This document shows positions 19,253 to 29,447 of a DNA stretch of 64,000 nucleotides, piece by piece (position 1 is the stretch's first letter; every line of letters starts with the position of its first letter). The notes beneath the pieces are model-generated. The model saw only the letters and a program-made list of their open reading frames with translations, was not told the origin of the DNA and did not search any database. Location: positions 1-64,000 of IMG/VR virus record IMGVR_UViG_3300021376_002797; one strand, given 5' to 3'. The translations under genes were made by a program, and so were the position numbers. The stretch is from a virus.

Positions 19253-20826
19253 TGAATTTATTAGAACAAATAAGAGAAATAAGAAAGTTAATTAACATAA
19301 TGGAAAATACCAAAATAGGTAGTAACGTTATGGTTATTGGAGATAGGTACGCAAGTCTACTTAGAGAAAGTGATTTTAATATCATCAATGATTTAATCAA
19401 TGAAGATATGACCATTGATATGTTAATTAACAAAATATCAAATCAAGAACTAAATGACAAAATTGATGAAATTTTTATTTCAATAGGGACAAATGATTTA
19501 TTTGATCCCGAAAGCAATATTGGTGGTTTAGTTAACATACTTTACGATTTTTACCCTAATGCTAGGTTACACCTCATTAAAGGATATGTGAATATTTTTG
19601 AATTTAATTTAAATGAATACATTGTCGAGGATGTAAAAAAAGATTCAATAACTTTTTTTGAACTTTTTAAAAAGGATGGTGTCGAATTAATTGGTGGTGA
19701 AATTACTGGAAAATTTTCATGTGTTGGTGACGATATTATAAAAACCAACTCTAATTTTATAGAAAAACTTAGGTCTTACATATTGGGATTTGTCTTCAAT
19801 TTTGAAATAAAGGACACTGCTGAAGTGGATAACAACATTTTTACTGATTTGGATATTGATGAAAAAACAGATTTTGATACAATATATGAATTTCTAGAAA
19901 TTTTTGAAAAAATTGTAAAATCAAATAACACGTATAGTGATATTTTGAATGGTAAATATGTTGGTGATGTTGAAGTTATACAAATTGCACTAATGTTTTT
20001 AGGGTATAGTGATGGTGTTATTGCAAACGGTAAATATGATGCAAACACAAAAGACGCTGTATACGATTTTCAAAGAGATAATAATTTAACAGAAACAGGA
20101 ATAGCAAATAAAGAAACGTTAACTGAAATACTTTGGGAGTTAAAGGCTAAAGGTTTTGATGAAGAAGATTTAGCACAATTTATTACAGGTTTAAAAGAAA
20201 AGAAAAAAACATACGATATTGACTCTTATAATTTAGAAAACTATTGTGACATAATCATAAATAAAATCGAGGGTGGTTATGCAAATAAGGCTCATTTTAG
20301 TAAGTTTGCAGAAACTGAAAAAAATCCAGATATGAGAAAAGCATTTGAGAACTCATCTGAAACCATGTTTGGTATTGATAGACTTGCCGGTAATTGGGAT
20401 AGTCATCCGGTTGGTGGAGATTTTTGGGATTTAATAGATGAAAATAGTGGATGGTCACCAAAATCTTCAGATAAACCAAAATGGCCTCATGGTCACATGG
20501 GCGGGTCTTTAGAGAGTAGACTTAGAAGTTATGTGTATGACATGATGTTACCAATTTTTTCTGATTTAAAAAACAAAAATTTGGATTCTGAAACTAAAAA
20601 ATTGGTGGAAGAAGACAAAAGATTAACCATGCACTTACTTTACGCTTGTTGGAATGGGTCTGGGTTTTTTGAGCAATTTTCAAATGTTTTAAATAATGAA
20701 GTTTCTAATGGTAACACAGATAGGGACTCATTATATGAGGTTGCGATTAATTCTAGAAAAAATCATAGTAATGATGCAATAAAAAAGAATGGAGTAAAAG
20801 TTGAAAATATGATCAATAGAATTTAA
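19252..20826 (+). CDS. Multidomain putative peptidoglycan hydrolase (degenerate SGNH-like, PG-binding and GH108-like lysozyme domains)
   Basis: VMVIGD/ISIGTND; NGKYDANTKDAVYDFQRDNNLTETGIA; IINKIEGGY...ETMFGID. Confidence 0.65.
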   Translation: MNLLEQIREIRKLINIMENTKIGSNVMVIGDRYASLLRESDFNIINDLINEDMTIDMLINKISNQELNDKIDEIFISIGTNDLFDPESNIGGLVNILYDFYPNARLHLIKGYVNIFEFNLNEYIVEDVKKDSITFFELFKKDGVELIGGEITGKFSCVGDDIIKTNSNFIEKLRSYILGFVFNFEIKDTAEVDNNIFTDLDIDEKTDFDTIYEFLEIFEKIVKSNNTYSDILNGKYVGDVEVIQIALMFLGYSDGVIANGKYDANTKDAVYDFQRDNNLTETGIANKETLTEILWELKAKGFDEEDLAQFITGLKEKKKTYDIDSYNLENYCDIIINKIEGGYANKAHFSKFAETEKNPDMRKAFENSSETMFGIDRLAGNWDSHPVGGDFWDLIDENSGWSPKSSDKPKWPHGHMGGSLESRLRSYVYDMMLPIFSDLKNKNLDSETKKLVEEDKRLTMHLLYACWNGSGFFEQFSNVLNNEVSNGNTDRDSLYEVAINSRKNHSNDAIKKNGVKVENMINRI

Positions 20827-20843
20827 ATATAAAAACTATTTTC

Positions 20844-21122
20844 GTGATGAAAACAATATATGTAAATTTATGTGCGAAGATATTAATAAAAAAAACTAAG
20901 TACTTTGGGTTTGTTAAAAAATACGCCTTAATCGTAGTAATACCGTCATTAAAAATAGCGAAAATAGACACAAACATTGATAATTTACCATTTATAGAAA
21001 AAGAAATTTTAATACTAGAAAAATTAAAATTATTTTCAGAAAAAAATAAATACAAAGTACAGTATCAAACAAATAACAAAAAACTAAAAAGAATATTAGA
21101 TTCCTATGGCTTTATTTTTTAG
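20844..21122 (+). CDS. Hypothetical protein
   Basis: 92-aa ORF. Confidence 0.5.
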   Translation: MMKTIYVNLCAKILIKKTKYFGFVKKYALIVVIPSLKIAKIDTNIDNLPFIEKEILILEKLKLFSEKNKYKVQYQTNNKKLKRILDSYGFIF

Positions 21123-21146
21123 GCCTTTTGAACTATTTATAAAATT

Positions 21147-21404
21147 ATGAATAGTCTTGATAAAAATATTAAAAGGATTATTGACCTAATGGAAAAAAAC
21201 ACCACTAAGAAAGAAGTGGATTTTGAAGTTGAGGAAGAGATAAGTGAGGAAGGAGAAACCGCTGGCGGAGGTTCTGCACCTTCAACGGGATACCCTACAG
21301 TTACAAAATGGGAAACAGGACTAACAAGAGGACCTGGGAATCCTATTGGAAACGCAAAAAGACAGGATAAAACAGCAAGAGGTAAAGCAAATAGACTAAT
21401 ATGA
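21147..21404 (+). CDS. Hypothetical protein
   Basis: TATTTATA at 21134; TRGPGNP/ARGKAN repeat. Confidence 0.7.
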   Translation: MNSLDKNIKRIIDLMEKNTTKKEVDFEVEEEISEEGETAGGGSAPSTGYPTVTKWETGLTRGPGNPIGNAKRQDKTARGKANRLI

Positions 21405-23026
21405 AAAATTTAGAAAAAGAATTACTAGAACAAATTAGACTTATGAATTATGATAGGTCAAAAATTTTATCTGAACAAAAACCCGATAATTTAATGCCAT
21501 ACCAATCAGACTATGGATTATCACCGAATTATACTCCCGCTGAATTAGCCGCAAATGCTCAAAAACAAGCGGAAAGACTTAAAGAGATTGATCCACACAT
21601 GATGTTACCATTACTTTCAGTAATGACTATTTGGTTACCTCCTCTCTCAGCGGCATTTGAACTTGCGGACGCAGCATTATATTTGGCAGAAGGAAAATAT
21701 TACGAAGCGGGATTAGCGGCTGCTTTCGCACTAATACCTGGAGGGGCATTTGGTACCTTAGCTAGAGGGTTTTCAAAAGCAGAAAAAGAAGTTTTAGGTG
21801 AACTTTTAGAAAGACAGGCAAAAGGTGAAACGGTTGAATTTACAGCAAAACAACAAAAACTTTTAAAGGAATTGTCAAAAAAGGAAACTCAAAATCAAAT
21901 AAAAAGAAGATTGGCTATTCAGGGATTAAAACAACTTTTTAAAGAAGCGATGTCAATAAGTGTGTTACATAGAATTATTTACAAATTAGTGACTATTGGT
22001 TATTTACCTGTAAAATTTTTAACAACTATGGGATTAACTATTGGTACCGTTTTTTATACTTGGGATGCCATAGGTAAATCACTTGGTTTATGTAATCCAG
22101 CCTCTTTGAAAATGTTACTTTTATCAGATAAAGAATGGGTTAAAAAAATTGGTGAAATTGGTCAATATTTACAACCATTTACAACCCCTTGTGAACAAGA
22201 AGCAATACTTAAAGAACTCCTTAAAAAAGGGCAAGAACCCGGATTAACAAAGGAAATGGTTTTAAACAGATTGAAGTTTATTGAAGAACAACAAAACACA
22301 TTAATTTTATCTGACGAAAATTATTCAAACATTGAAAGTCAAGAAACATTATCGGTACAAATAGCATTAAGGGCGTTAGGATATACAAAATTTACTGAAG
22401 TAAAAACAAAAATTACTAAAGTACCATACTATGTACCAAATTTTGAAAATAACAATATTGATATTAAGGCTAATTCAGGTGCCGGTAAATATAATGATTA
22501 TGACCCTTCAGGTGGTATTGGTAGGGCAAGAGCACAAACAACCGGACTTGCATCAACTGGAAGTATAAAGTCTGACCAAGCAGCAACAATGAAATTATTA
22601 TACAGAGATGAACCTATAGAAGAAAGAAAAGATGTAAATGTTAATTTCAAATGGGGTTATTATGACTACAACACCGATATGGTAGTTAGAGAATTTCAGA
22701 AAAAAAATGGTTTATCGGTTGATGGTAGTGTTGGTGTTAATACTGCAAAAAAACTATGGGAAAAAGTAAATGGCTTAAGTAGTGTTTCAGATTACGGAAC
22801 AAAAATTCAAACTTGGACAGATAAAGATAGAGAAAAACTAAAACAAGAACTTATTAAGAAAGTTAAAGAATTAGAAAATCAAAAAACACCACCAGTAGAT
22901 CTTTTAAATCAAAAAGCAACAGAAGAGCAAATTAAAAAATTAACAAAAGAAGTAGAACAAAACGCAACCGACAATATTGAAAATATGAATCCTGAAGATT
23001 GGGCCGAGGAATTAGGAATAAAATAA
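21401..23026 (+). CDS. Leader-bearing protein with hydrophobic helices and a peptidoglycan-binding domain
   Basis: ADAALYLAEG...AAFALIPG; VREFQKKNGLSVDGSVGVNT. Confidence 0.7.
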   Translation: MKNLEKELLEQIRLMNYDRSKILSEQKPDNLMPYQSDYGLSPNYTPAELAANAQKQAERLKEIDPHMMLPLLSVMTIWLPPLSAAFELADAALYLAEGKYYEAGLAAAFALIPGGAFGTLARGFSKAEKEVLGELLERQAKGETVEFTAKQQKLLKELSKKETQNQIKRRLAIQGLKQLFKEAMSISVLHRIIYKLVTIGYLPVKFLTTMGLTIGTVFYTWDAIGKSLGLCNPASLKMLLLSDKEWVKKIGEIGQYLQPFTTPCEQEAILKELLKKGQEPGLTKEMVLNRLKFIEEQQNTLILSDENYSNIESQETLSVQIALRALGYTKFTEVKTKITKVPYYVPNFENNNIDIKANSGAGKYNDYDPSGGIGRARAQTTGLASTGSIKSDQAATMKLLYRDEPIEERKDVNVNFKWGYYDYNTDMVVREFQKKNGLSVDGSVGVNTAKKLWEKVNGLSSVSDYGTKIQTWTDKDREKLKQELIKKVKELENQKTPPVDLLNQKATEEQIKKLTKEVEQNATDNIENMNPEDWAEELGIK

Positions 23027-23050
23027 GCACATATTTATAAAATAAATAAA

Positions 23051-25783
23051 ATGAAAAGTAGTGTATTAGAAGAAATAAATAGAAATAGACAACTCATGGG
23101 ATTATCTTTAATCACAGAACAAGGGGTTGCTTGGTTAGATGATTTAATAAGAAAAGGGTATCAGAGGTTTACTGGTTTAGATAATATAATAAAAAAATTA
23201 GGCCTTAAAGGTAAGGATTTAACAGATGCTGATATAGATAAAATTATTGATGAACTTCCTGATGAATTAGTTGATAGTGAGCTTAAATTAGCAGTTAAGC
23301 AAACATTAAAAAATGAAGAAAATCTTAAAAGTGCGTTAAAAAATGGTAATGATAATTTTTTATTAGAATTAAGAAAATATAAAAACGCTTCTGCTTTTAA
23401 AAATATCGTAAATCTAACGGCCGATGAAGTAAAGGCGATAGTAAAAAGGACAGTAACTAAAATGTTAGACGACGCATCGTCAAGTCTATCAATAGGATTT
23501 GATAACCTTGATTTAGCGATGACAGAACTTGTTGAAGCTTCTTTAAAAAATAGTGGGTCAAAACTAAGAAATGTTGATGAAATTTATGATATTGCAGAGG
23601 CTAGAATACAAGACATTTTAAAAGGAAAAATTAAAAATGGTATGGATTTTAATGTTGCAGAAGAAGTATTCAATAATTATAGAACTAAACTTAGAACTGA
23701 CTCTAAATTAAAAACAAAATTAGATGAAATTTCTAGTTCAGGTAGAAATTCTAATCTACAAAAAAGAACAAAGTCAATAACCGATTTTAATTCTAAAGTA
23801 GATTTACCTGAAGAATTGTTATCTAAACAAAATTGGATTGATGATACAGTGCCACCTGTTAGAGATGGTGGAGATGTTCCACCTGTTAGAGATGGTGGTG
23901 ATGTTCCACCTGTTAGAAATGGTGGTGATGTTCCATCAACCATAGATGAAGTTGATAATTATTTAGATGAAATTGATCCTCCAGGTCCTACAAGAATAGA
24001 TTTGTTCCCTGGAGGTGTACCTGATCCTACCTTTTTTACTAATTTTTGGTTCAAGTGGTGTAAAATGGGATTTTGTGAAGTTTTAATAGATTTTATTAGA
24101 TCTTTAGGAAAGACGCCAGCCGATTTTGCCGACGACATGATAAGTACTCAGGCTAGAATAACCGATTTAGTTGACAGATTAGGTAGAATGAATCCAGGTG
24201 ATGCTGGTTATACCAATTTAAAATTTGAACTTGATGGTTGGGTTAACAGGTTAAAAAGTAACACAAAAATGGTGTCAACACCACAAACAGGATTCATATC
24301 TCAGTGGGAAAATGTTAAAAATAATATAAGAACAACTTTAGGTCCGGAACACAGAGACTTAGCTGAACAAGTAATACAATACTGTGAAAATAGAGCGGTA
24401 ACTTCAGGTAATGAAACAATTGGTGAGTTTATATTATTGCTAAATCAAAAATCATCAGGGCTTGATCTTCCATTACTTTTAGATTTGAGAAAAGTTGCAA
24501 CCCCCGAATATTGGGCAAATTGGAGCAAAACAAGGGTTGTTAAATACGCTAACGAGGTTAAGGACCATTATAGAGCAGCATCCCAAAAATTTGGTGGTTG
24601 GTTTAGGGGTTTTATTACTAGTGTTGGAAAAATTTTAAAAGATTTCTTTGAAGCGGTACTTAAAAGAACTGCAAATTTTATGACTTTTGGAACTTTTAGG
24701 TATTACAAGGATTTAGTAAAAAGACTAAGAATGGGATCTTTTACTAACGCCGAAGGTTTAAAAAGATATATGTTACTATATGTTGAATTGACAATAATCG
24801 CAAACGTTGTTGGTCCATTTATCGAATACGCCGAAGATTTAATAAAAACGGCACTTGAAGTTGGAGATATAATGGAAACAGACGAAGAAAAAAAGACACC
24901 AATAGAAAATTTGTACGAAAATCTTTTAGAAAGAATTCCTGGGTTTGGTAATGAATTTGAATGGAATCCGTTATTCAACCCTCTTGGTTTTGTTCCAGGA
25001 TCAAGAGAAATCGGCGACTATTTAGGGTTTGAGCCAGCACCGCTTCCGGAATACATAGTAAGGGGAATAAGATTTATTTTTGAAAAAATAGGTTGGTTGA
25101 GTAATCAAAATAGGGCTAAGGATGTTAATGAAACAAGAAGACGGCAGTTACAATCACAATTTGAAGATATGACAAATAATTACATAAACACTATCAATGA
25201 TCAATCAGTAAGAGAATATGAAGCAAACAAAAGTCAGGTTGAAGCGAGAAATGGAAAAGAAAAAGTATTTAAAACAATTGAAAACTATTCAAACCCTATA
25301 TTCACACTTTACTACCCCGATTTTGATTTACTAACTATTGACGAAGTCAAAAGATTAAGAGATGCGTTAGTCTTCCAACCAGGTATTTCACCAGAAACTA
25401 AAAATTCTATCTTAAATAGAGAAAGAAACAAAAAAAGGTCAGTGAAAGATAAAAATGGTAAATTGGTGGGATTCTATTACCCAACAGAAAGTATAAATAA
25501 ATTCATACCTAATGATTTAGGCGAGAAAGACGGATTAAAACCATCCCCTACCGCACCTAAAGATACTAAAGTTGAATACCCTGATGTTGATTCTATGTTG
25601 AGTGATTTAAAAAATAATAACGGATACTGGGCTTTAAAAGGTTCTGATGGTAAATTATATTTATTAAAACCTAATGAAAGTGGGTTTATGTATTATTTGA
25701 CCCCATCAATTGATGAAATTGAAAAAGACCCAAATGTTAAAGTAAAACAAAATGATTTACAGAAATTTGTAGATAAATTATAA
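23051..25783 (+). CDS. Large helical hypothetical protein with leader (possible ejection/internal protein)
   Basis: 910 aa; LEEINRNRQLMGLSLITEQ. Confidence 0.75.
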   Translation: MKSSVLEEINRNRQLMGLSLITEQGVAWLDDLIRKGYQRFTGLDNIIKKLGLKGKDLTDADIDKIIDELPDELVDSELKLAVKQTLKNEENLKSALKNGNDNFLLELRKYKNASAFKNIVNLTADEVKAIVKRTVTKMLDDASSSLSIGFDNLDLAMTELVEASLKNSGSKLRNVDEIYDIAEARIQDILKGKIKNGMDFNVAEEVFNNYRTKLRTDSKLKTKLDEISSSGRNSNLQKRTKSITDFNSKVDLPEELLSKQNWIDDTVPPVRDGGDVPPVRDGGDVPPVRNGGDVPSTIDEVDNYLDEIDPPGPTRIDLFPGGVPDPTFFTNFWFKWCKMGFCEVLIDFIRSLGKTPADFADDMISTQARITDLVDRLGRMNPGDAGYTNLKFELDGWVNRLKSNTKMVSTPQTGFISQWENVKNNIRTTLGPEHRDLAEQVIQYCENRAVTSGNETIGEFILLLNQKSSGLDLPLLLDLRKVATPEYWANWSKTRVVKYANEVKDHYRAASQKFGGWFRGFITSVGKILKDFFEAVLKRTANFMTFGTFRYYKDLVKRLRMGSFTNAEGLKRYMLLYVELTIIANVVGPFIEYAEDLIKTALEVGDIMETDEEKKTPIENLYENLLERIPGFGNEFEWNPLFNPLGFVPGSREIGDYLGFEPAPLPEYIVRGIRFIFEKIGWLSNQNRAKDVNETRRRQLQSQFEDMTNNYINTINDQSVREYEANKSQVEARNGKEKVFKTIENYSNPIFTLYYPDFDLLTIDEVKRLRDALVFQPGISPETKNSILNRERNKKRSVKDKNGKLVGFYYPTESINKFIPNDLGEKDGLKPSPTAPKDTKVEYPDVDSMLSDLKNNNGYWALKGSDGKLYLLKPNESGFMYYLTPSIDEIEKDPNVKVKQNDLQKFVDKL
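23849..23935 (+). repeat. 27-bp tandem repeat x3 (VPPVRDGGD)
   Basis: Seen directly in the sequence. Confidence 0.9.
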
Positions 25784-25797
25784 TAAATAAAAAAAAA

Positions 25798-26661
25798 ATG
25801 AGCGGAAAAAGATTTGACGAAGACAATTTTAAACATTGGAAAGACACATTCAAGTTTCAATCTTATGATCCTGAAACAGGTGAATACAAAAAAGTTAAAA
25901 TAAAGACAGATGATGTAATGGACAGAATTAACCATTACAGAAAAAAATATGATGAGGATGATGCCTTTGTTCGTGCGGTTATTGATACTCACGAAGACGT
26001 TGTTAAAATCATGTTTACAAAAGATTTAGCACATTTAACAGAATCGACAACACTAGTTGGTTTAGCGAGTGTTTTACAAAGTTTAAGAGAAGGTCGTGGT
26101 GAAATGGAAATATGGTCAGTTGCTAGACCCGCAGATGGGAACTGGTTTTTGGTAAAAGGTTCTTTTAATAAAAAAGAATTAGCTAATATGGATCTTCACA
26201 AAAAAGAACCAAAAAATAGAGATACAGAAAAAATAGAAAAACCTGAAGAAGGTTTAAAAAAAAAAGAAGAAACCGCACTACAAAGACTGAAGACTAATGA
26301 AGTTTCAGGGTTAGATGGGTTACCTGTTAGAGTAAAACAAAAAGTAAGAGAAAAAATGTCACAGGGGTGGACAACAGAACCACCCCTTGAATTTTTTAAT
26401 GAATATTATACCGAAAGTGAAATAAATTCAGTATTCAACGATAAGATCAAAATTTATAAATTAAAACCAACTCAAGAATTTTTTAGTTCATTGGTTCAAA
26501 ACTCCGCTAAATTAAATTTAAAAAGGGGTTTTTGTAGATCAATTTATTTAGCTAAATCGGATAATGATATTAATGAAAAATCAAAAAAAGTTATTGACCA
26601 TATTTTAATTAAATGTAACAATAGGTATGATAATAAATTAGGAGTTTATTCTAAATTCTAA
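25798..26661 (+). CDS. Hypothetical protein
   Basis: 287-aa ORF. Confidence 0.75.
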   Translation: MSGKRFDEDNFKHWKDTFKFQSYDPETGEYKKVKIKTDDVMDRINHYRKKYDEDDAFVRAVIDTHEDVVKIMFTKDLAHLTESTTLVGLASVLQSLREGRGEMEIWSVARPADGNWFLVKGSFNKKELANMDLHKKEPKNRDTEKIEKPEEGLKKKEETALQRLKTNEVSGLDGLPVRVKQKVREKMSQGWTTEPPLEFFNEYYTESEINSVFNDKIKIYKLKPTQEFFSSLVQNSAKLNLKRGFCRSIYLAKSDNDINEKSKKVIDHILIKCNNRYDNKLGVYSKF

Positions 26662-26692
26662 TAATAAAATTTTTTTCTAATATTTATTATTG

Positions 26693-28540
26693 ATGTCAAA
26701 AAAGTTTAACATAACGGAAGAAGAAAAATTATACATATTAAAAAAATATAATTTGTTAAACGAGAGTGATTATGAAAAAATAATATATACCGACAAATTA
26801 CGTAAAACTTTTGAAGGTTGTTTTGTGAAAGGAATAACACATGTTTTTGATGGTTCAAACGGACAAAAAGATTATGGTTACCAAAAGGATATTCCTGAAC
26901 TTGGTTGGGTAAAATACGAAGGTGAATTAGACGGAAAACAAGTTAAAATTCACGGTTGTTGGGATAAATTCAAAATAATAATAGGCAAAGAAACTGGTGA
27001 AAGGGGAGACTTTGATGGTAATTATTATACAAAAAGTAATAAAGCATTTTTTGAGGGAGACGAAAGTAGGGCAAATAAATTTATGTTAGGTAAACTTAAA
27101 AATTCACCTGACTATAATTTTTATGATGAAGAATGGGAATATGTTGGTTATTTTATAAATGGTATTATTGATAATAATGATATATCTTCAGAAACTATAC
27201 CATTATCATACGATGCGGGTGCGATTTCTATAGGTGAAGAAATATCACAAATAAAATTTTCAGACGGAAACATATATACTGGTAGTTTTATTGATGGACA
27301 AATAGACGGTAGAGGTACATTTATTTTTAATAATGGTTTAAGACTAACAGGTGATTTTAAATTAAATCAAGAATTTGAAGGAATAACTTATAGTGTTGTT
27401 TTAGATAATGGTCAAAAAATAAATAATATTTTTGATTATGCGAATAAATACAAATCAGATTCTAAAAATTTAACTAAGGATGAAAGTTTGGGTTTATTAA
27501 AATCAGGTATTTTACAAGGTACGACATATTATAACATAAATTTATCGGACGAAAAAGAAAAAGTTACTAAAAAAGGAGTTTTACCTAAAGCGTTTATAAG
27601 GATTACAAATTTGGAAGATAATAAAATCTTTTTTGAACAAGTTTCAGATGATAAAGGAAAGTTCACTTTTAATGATGTCCCATATGGTAAATATTCTCTT
27701 GTTTCAAACATAAATAACACTAAAGATTTATCATTGAATGTCGAATCTTTTGAATTAAAACAAAGAGTAAAAGACGTAAATATTTTCCTTAAACCAAATG
27801 ATTCATATCAAAGATTTATAAATAGAGAATTAAAAAGGTTAAGAAATCCAGAAACGGGCGGATATAGTGTAACTGTACTTGGTAGTCCTAAATTATCGGA
27901 ATTAAATAATGAAGACATTATTGAGTACTTATTTGCTCCTGTTTATTATAATGATAAAAATGATACATGGATTTCAGATATATTAAACGGTAGATTTGAA
28001 CAAAAGTACGGGACAATAACAGATAAAGAAATGTGTATTACGCAATTGAAAAATTATGCGGATTTAATTAGAAAAATACAAAATGGCGAATTAGGTTTGG
28101 AGATGGTTAAAAATGTCGGTTTAAAATTAAGACCAACAAAAAAATATATACAAAATTGTTGGAGAACTTACCCTGACGAAATGGAAAAAAGAAAATCTGA
28201 CTTTCTTCTTGTAAGAAATCCGGGTGGAGACATTATAGAATATGCCATTGTGTTGGAAAATACAAATAAACAAGATTTTTATAATAAAAATAGTATGGGA
28301 CTCAAAAATACTATATCTAGTGTTATACACGGTTATAACGAATTGAAGACAAGAAAAATTCAAGAAAACCAAATTATTAAAAATAGGTTAAATTTTGTTA
28401 TTAATGAAAATGTTGATTCAGTAATAAATTTAATAAACGAAAAAAATATACTTTTAGAAAAAGGTTATGATGAGGATTTAATAAATTACAATTACGATAA
28501 AATAATACAAAAAAAATATCGCAGTGTTGGCGGCGATTGA
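26693..28540 (+). CDS. Leader-bearing protein with MORN-like repeats and a carboxypeptidase-regulatory-like domain
   Basis: FSDGNIYTGSFIDGQIDGRGTFIFNNG; SDDKGKFTFNDVPYGKYSL. Confidence 0.65.
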   Translation: MSKKFNITEEEKLYILKKYNLLNESDYEKIIYTDKLRKTFEGCFVKGITHVFDGSNGQKDYGYQKDIPELGWVKYEGELDGKQVKIHGCWDKFKIIIGKETGERGDFDGNYYTKSNKAFFEGDESRANKFMLGKLKNSPDYNFYDEEWEYVGYFINGIIDNNDISSETIPLSYDAGAISIGEEISQIKFSDGNIYTGSFIDGQIDGRGTFIFNNGLRLTGDFKLNQEFEGITYSVVLDNGQKINNIFDYANKYKSDSKNLTKDESLGLLKSGILQGTTYYNINLSDEKEKVTKKGVLPKAFIRITNLEDNKIFFEQVSDDKGKFTFNDVPYGKYSLVSNINNTKDLSLNVESFELKQRVKDVNIFLKPNDSYQRFINRELKRLRNPETGGYSVTVLGSPKLSELNNEDIIEYLFAPVYYNDKNDTWISDILNGRFEQKYGTITDKEMCITQLKNYADLIRKIQNGELGLEMVKNVGLKLRPTKKYIQNCWRTYPDEMEKRKSDFLLVRNPGGDIIEYAIVLENTNKQDFYNKNSMGLKNTISSVIHGYNELKTRKIQENQIIKNRLNFVINENVDSVINLINEKNILLEKGYDEDLINYNYDKIIQKKYRSVGGD

Positions 28541-28620
28541 AAAGGTAGACCAACAAGAAGCTTTGAGTAGAATCCTAGTTTCATAAACCTTAAAGAAAGG
28601 GGGGGGTGTTCCAAAATCTA

Positions 28621-28654
28621 AGAAAGGTATTCCGAAAGGAATACCTTTTCTTTT
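28621..28654 (+). terminator. Intrinsic terminator with GAAA tetraloop
   Basis: AAAGGTATTCC-GAAA-GGAATACCTTT followed by T-rich sequence. Confidence 0.85.
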
Positions 28655-28673
28655 ATCGGGGTATTTATTGTAT

Positions 28674-29447
28674 ATGGAATTTAATATCAGAAAAAAATCA
28701 ACATTACCATATTTAGAGGTGGATTTGTTTAAATCAGGAAGATTGGATTATAATTTTAAAAATACTAATTTATCTGATGCAACGATTTATTTATATATGA
28801 AAAATATCGAAACGAATGTCTATAAAATTGCAAAAGGTTTTTGTGTTTATTCTGAAGAAAGTAAATCAATTTATTATCAATTGACAAAAAAAAATACATC
28901 AGATATTGGAAGATTTGAAGTAGAGTTTAGAGTATCGAACGAACAAGGTGAAATTACACTACCATTAACTGAAAAAATTTTTGTCAACATTTTGGAATCT
29001 TTTTCAAACAGCGACTTTTGTTGTGGCCCTAATGCGGTCACCCCTGTAATCACGCAAACCCCAACACCACCAACACCGACACCAACACCGACACCGACAC
29101 CAACACCTGGACCTGCAAATCCGAATATTTACTATGGTAAATTTACAGGATCAACAATTACATCAGGTAATGTTTCAACACTTAATATTAGATATACAAA
29201 TACTGCGGTAGATACGTATGTTGATTTTGCAAATGGTTTAGGATATGGTTACATATTAATACCAACAACATTTACACAACCTTCTAATTTTGTTAATAGT
29301 GTCGGTGGATGTGATGGAATAATAATTCCAACAAATAATATAGGTTCTGTTGTTGTAAACGACATAAATGGATTCCCAGTAACATATAATGTTTATAGAA
29401 CATTTAATAGTTTTGTGGGTCAGGTATATAGTTATATGTGTATATAA
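28674..29447 (+). CDS. Virion structural protein (BppU-like N-terminus, Pro/Thr linker)
   Basis: IYYQLTKKNTSDIGRFEVEF; (TP)n linker. Confidence 0.55.
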   Translation: MEFNIRKKSTLPYLEVDLFKSGRLDYNFKNTNLSDATIYLYMKNIETNVYKIAKGFCVYSEESKSIYYQLTKKNTSDIGRFEVEFRVSNEQGEITLPLTEKIFVNILESFSNSDFCCGPNAVTPVITQTPTPPTPTPTPTPTPTPGPANPNIYYGKFTGSTITSGNVSTLNIRYTNTAVDTYVDFANGLGYGYILIPTTFTQPSNFVNSVGGCDGIIIPTNNIGSVVVNDINGFPVTYNVYRTFNSFVGQVYSYMCI

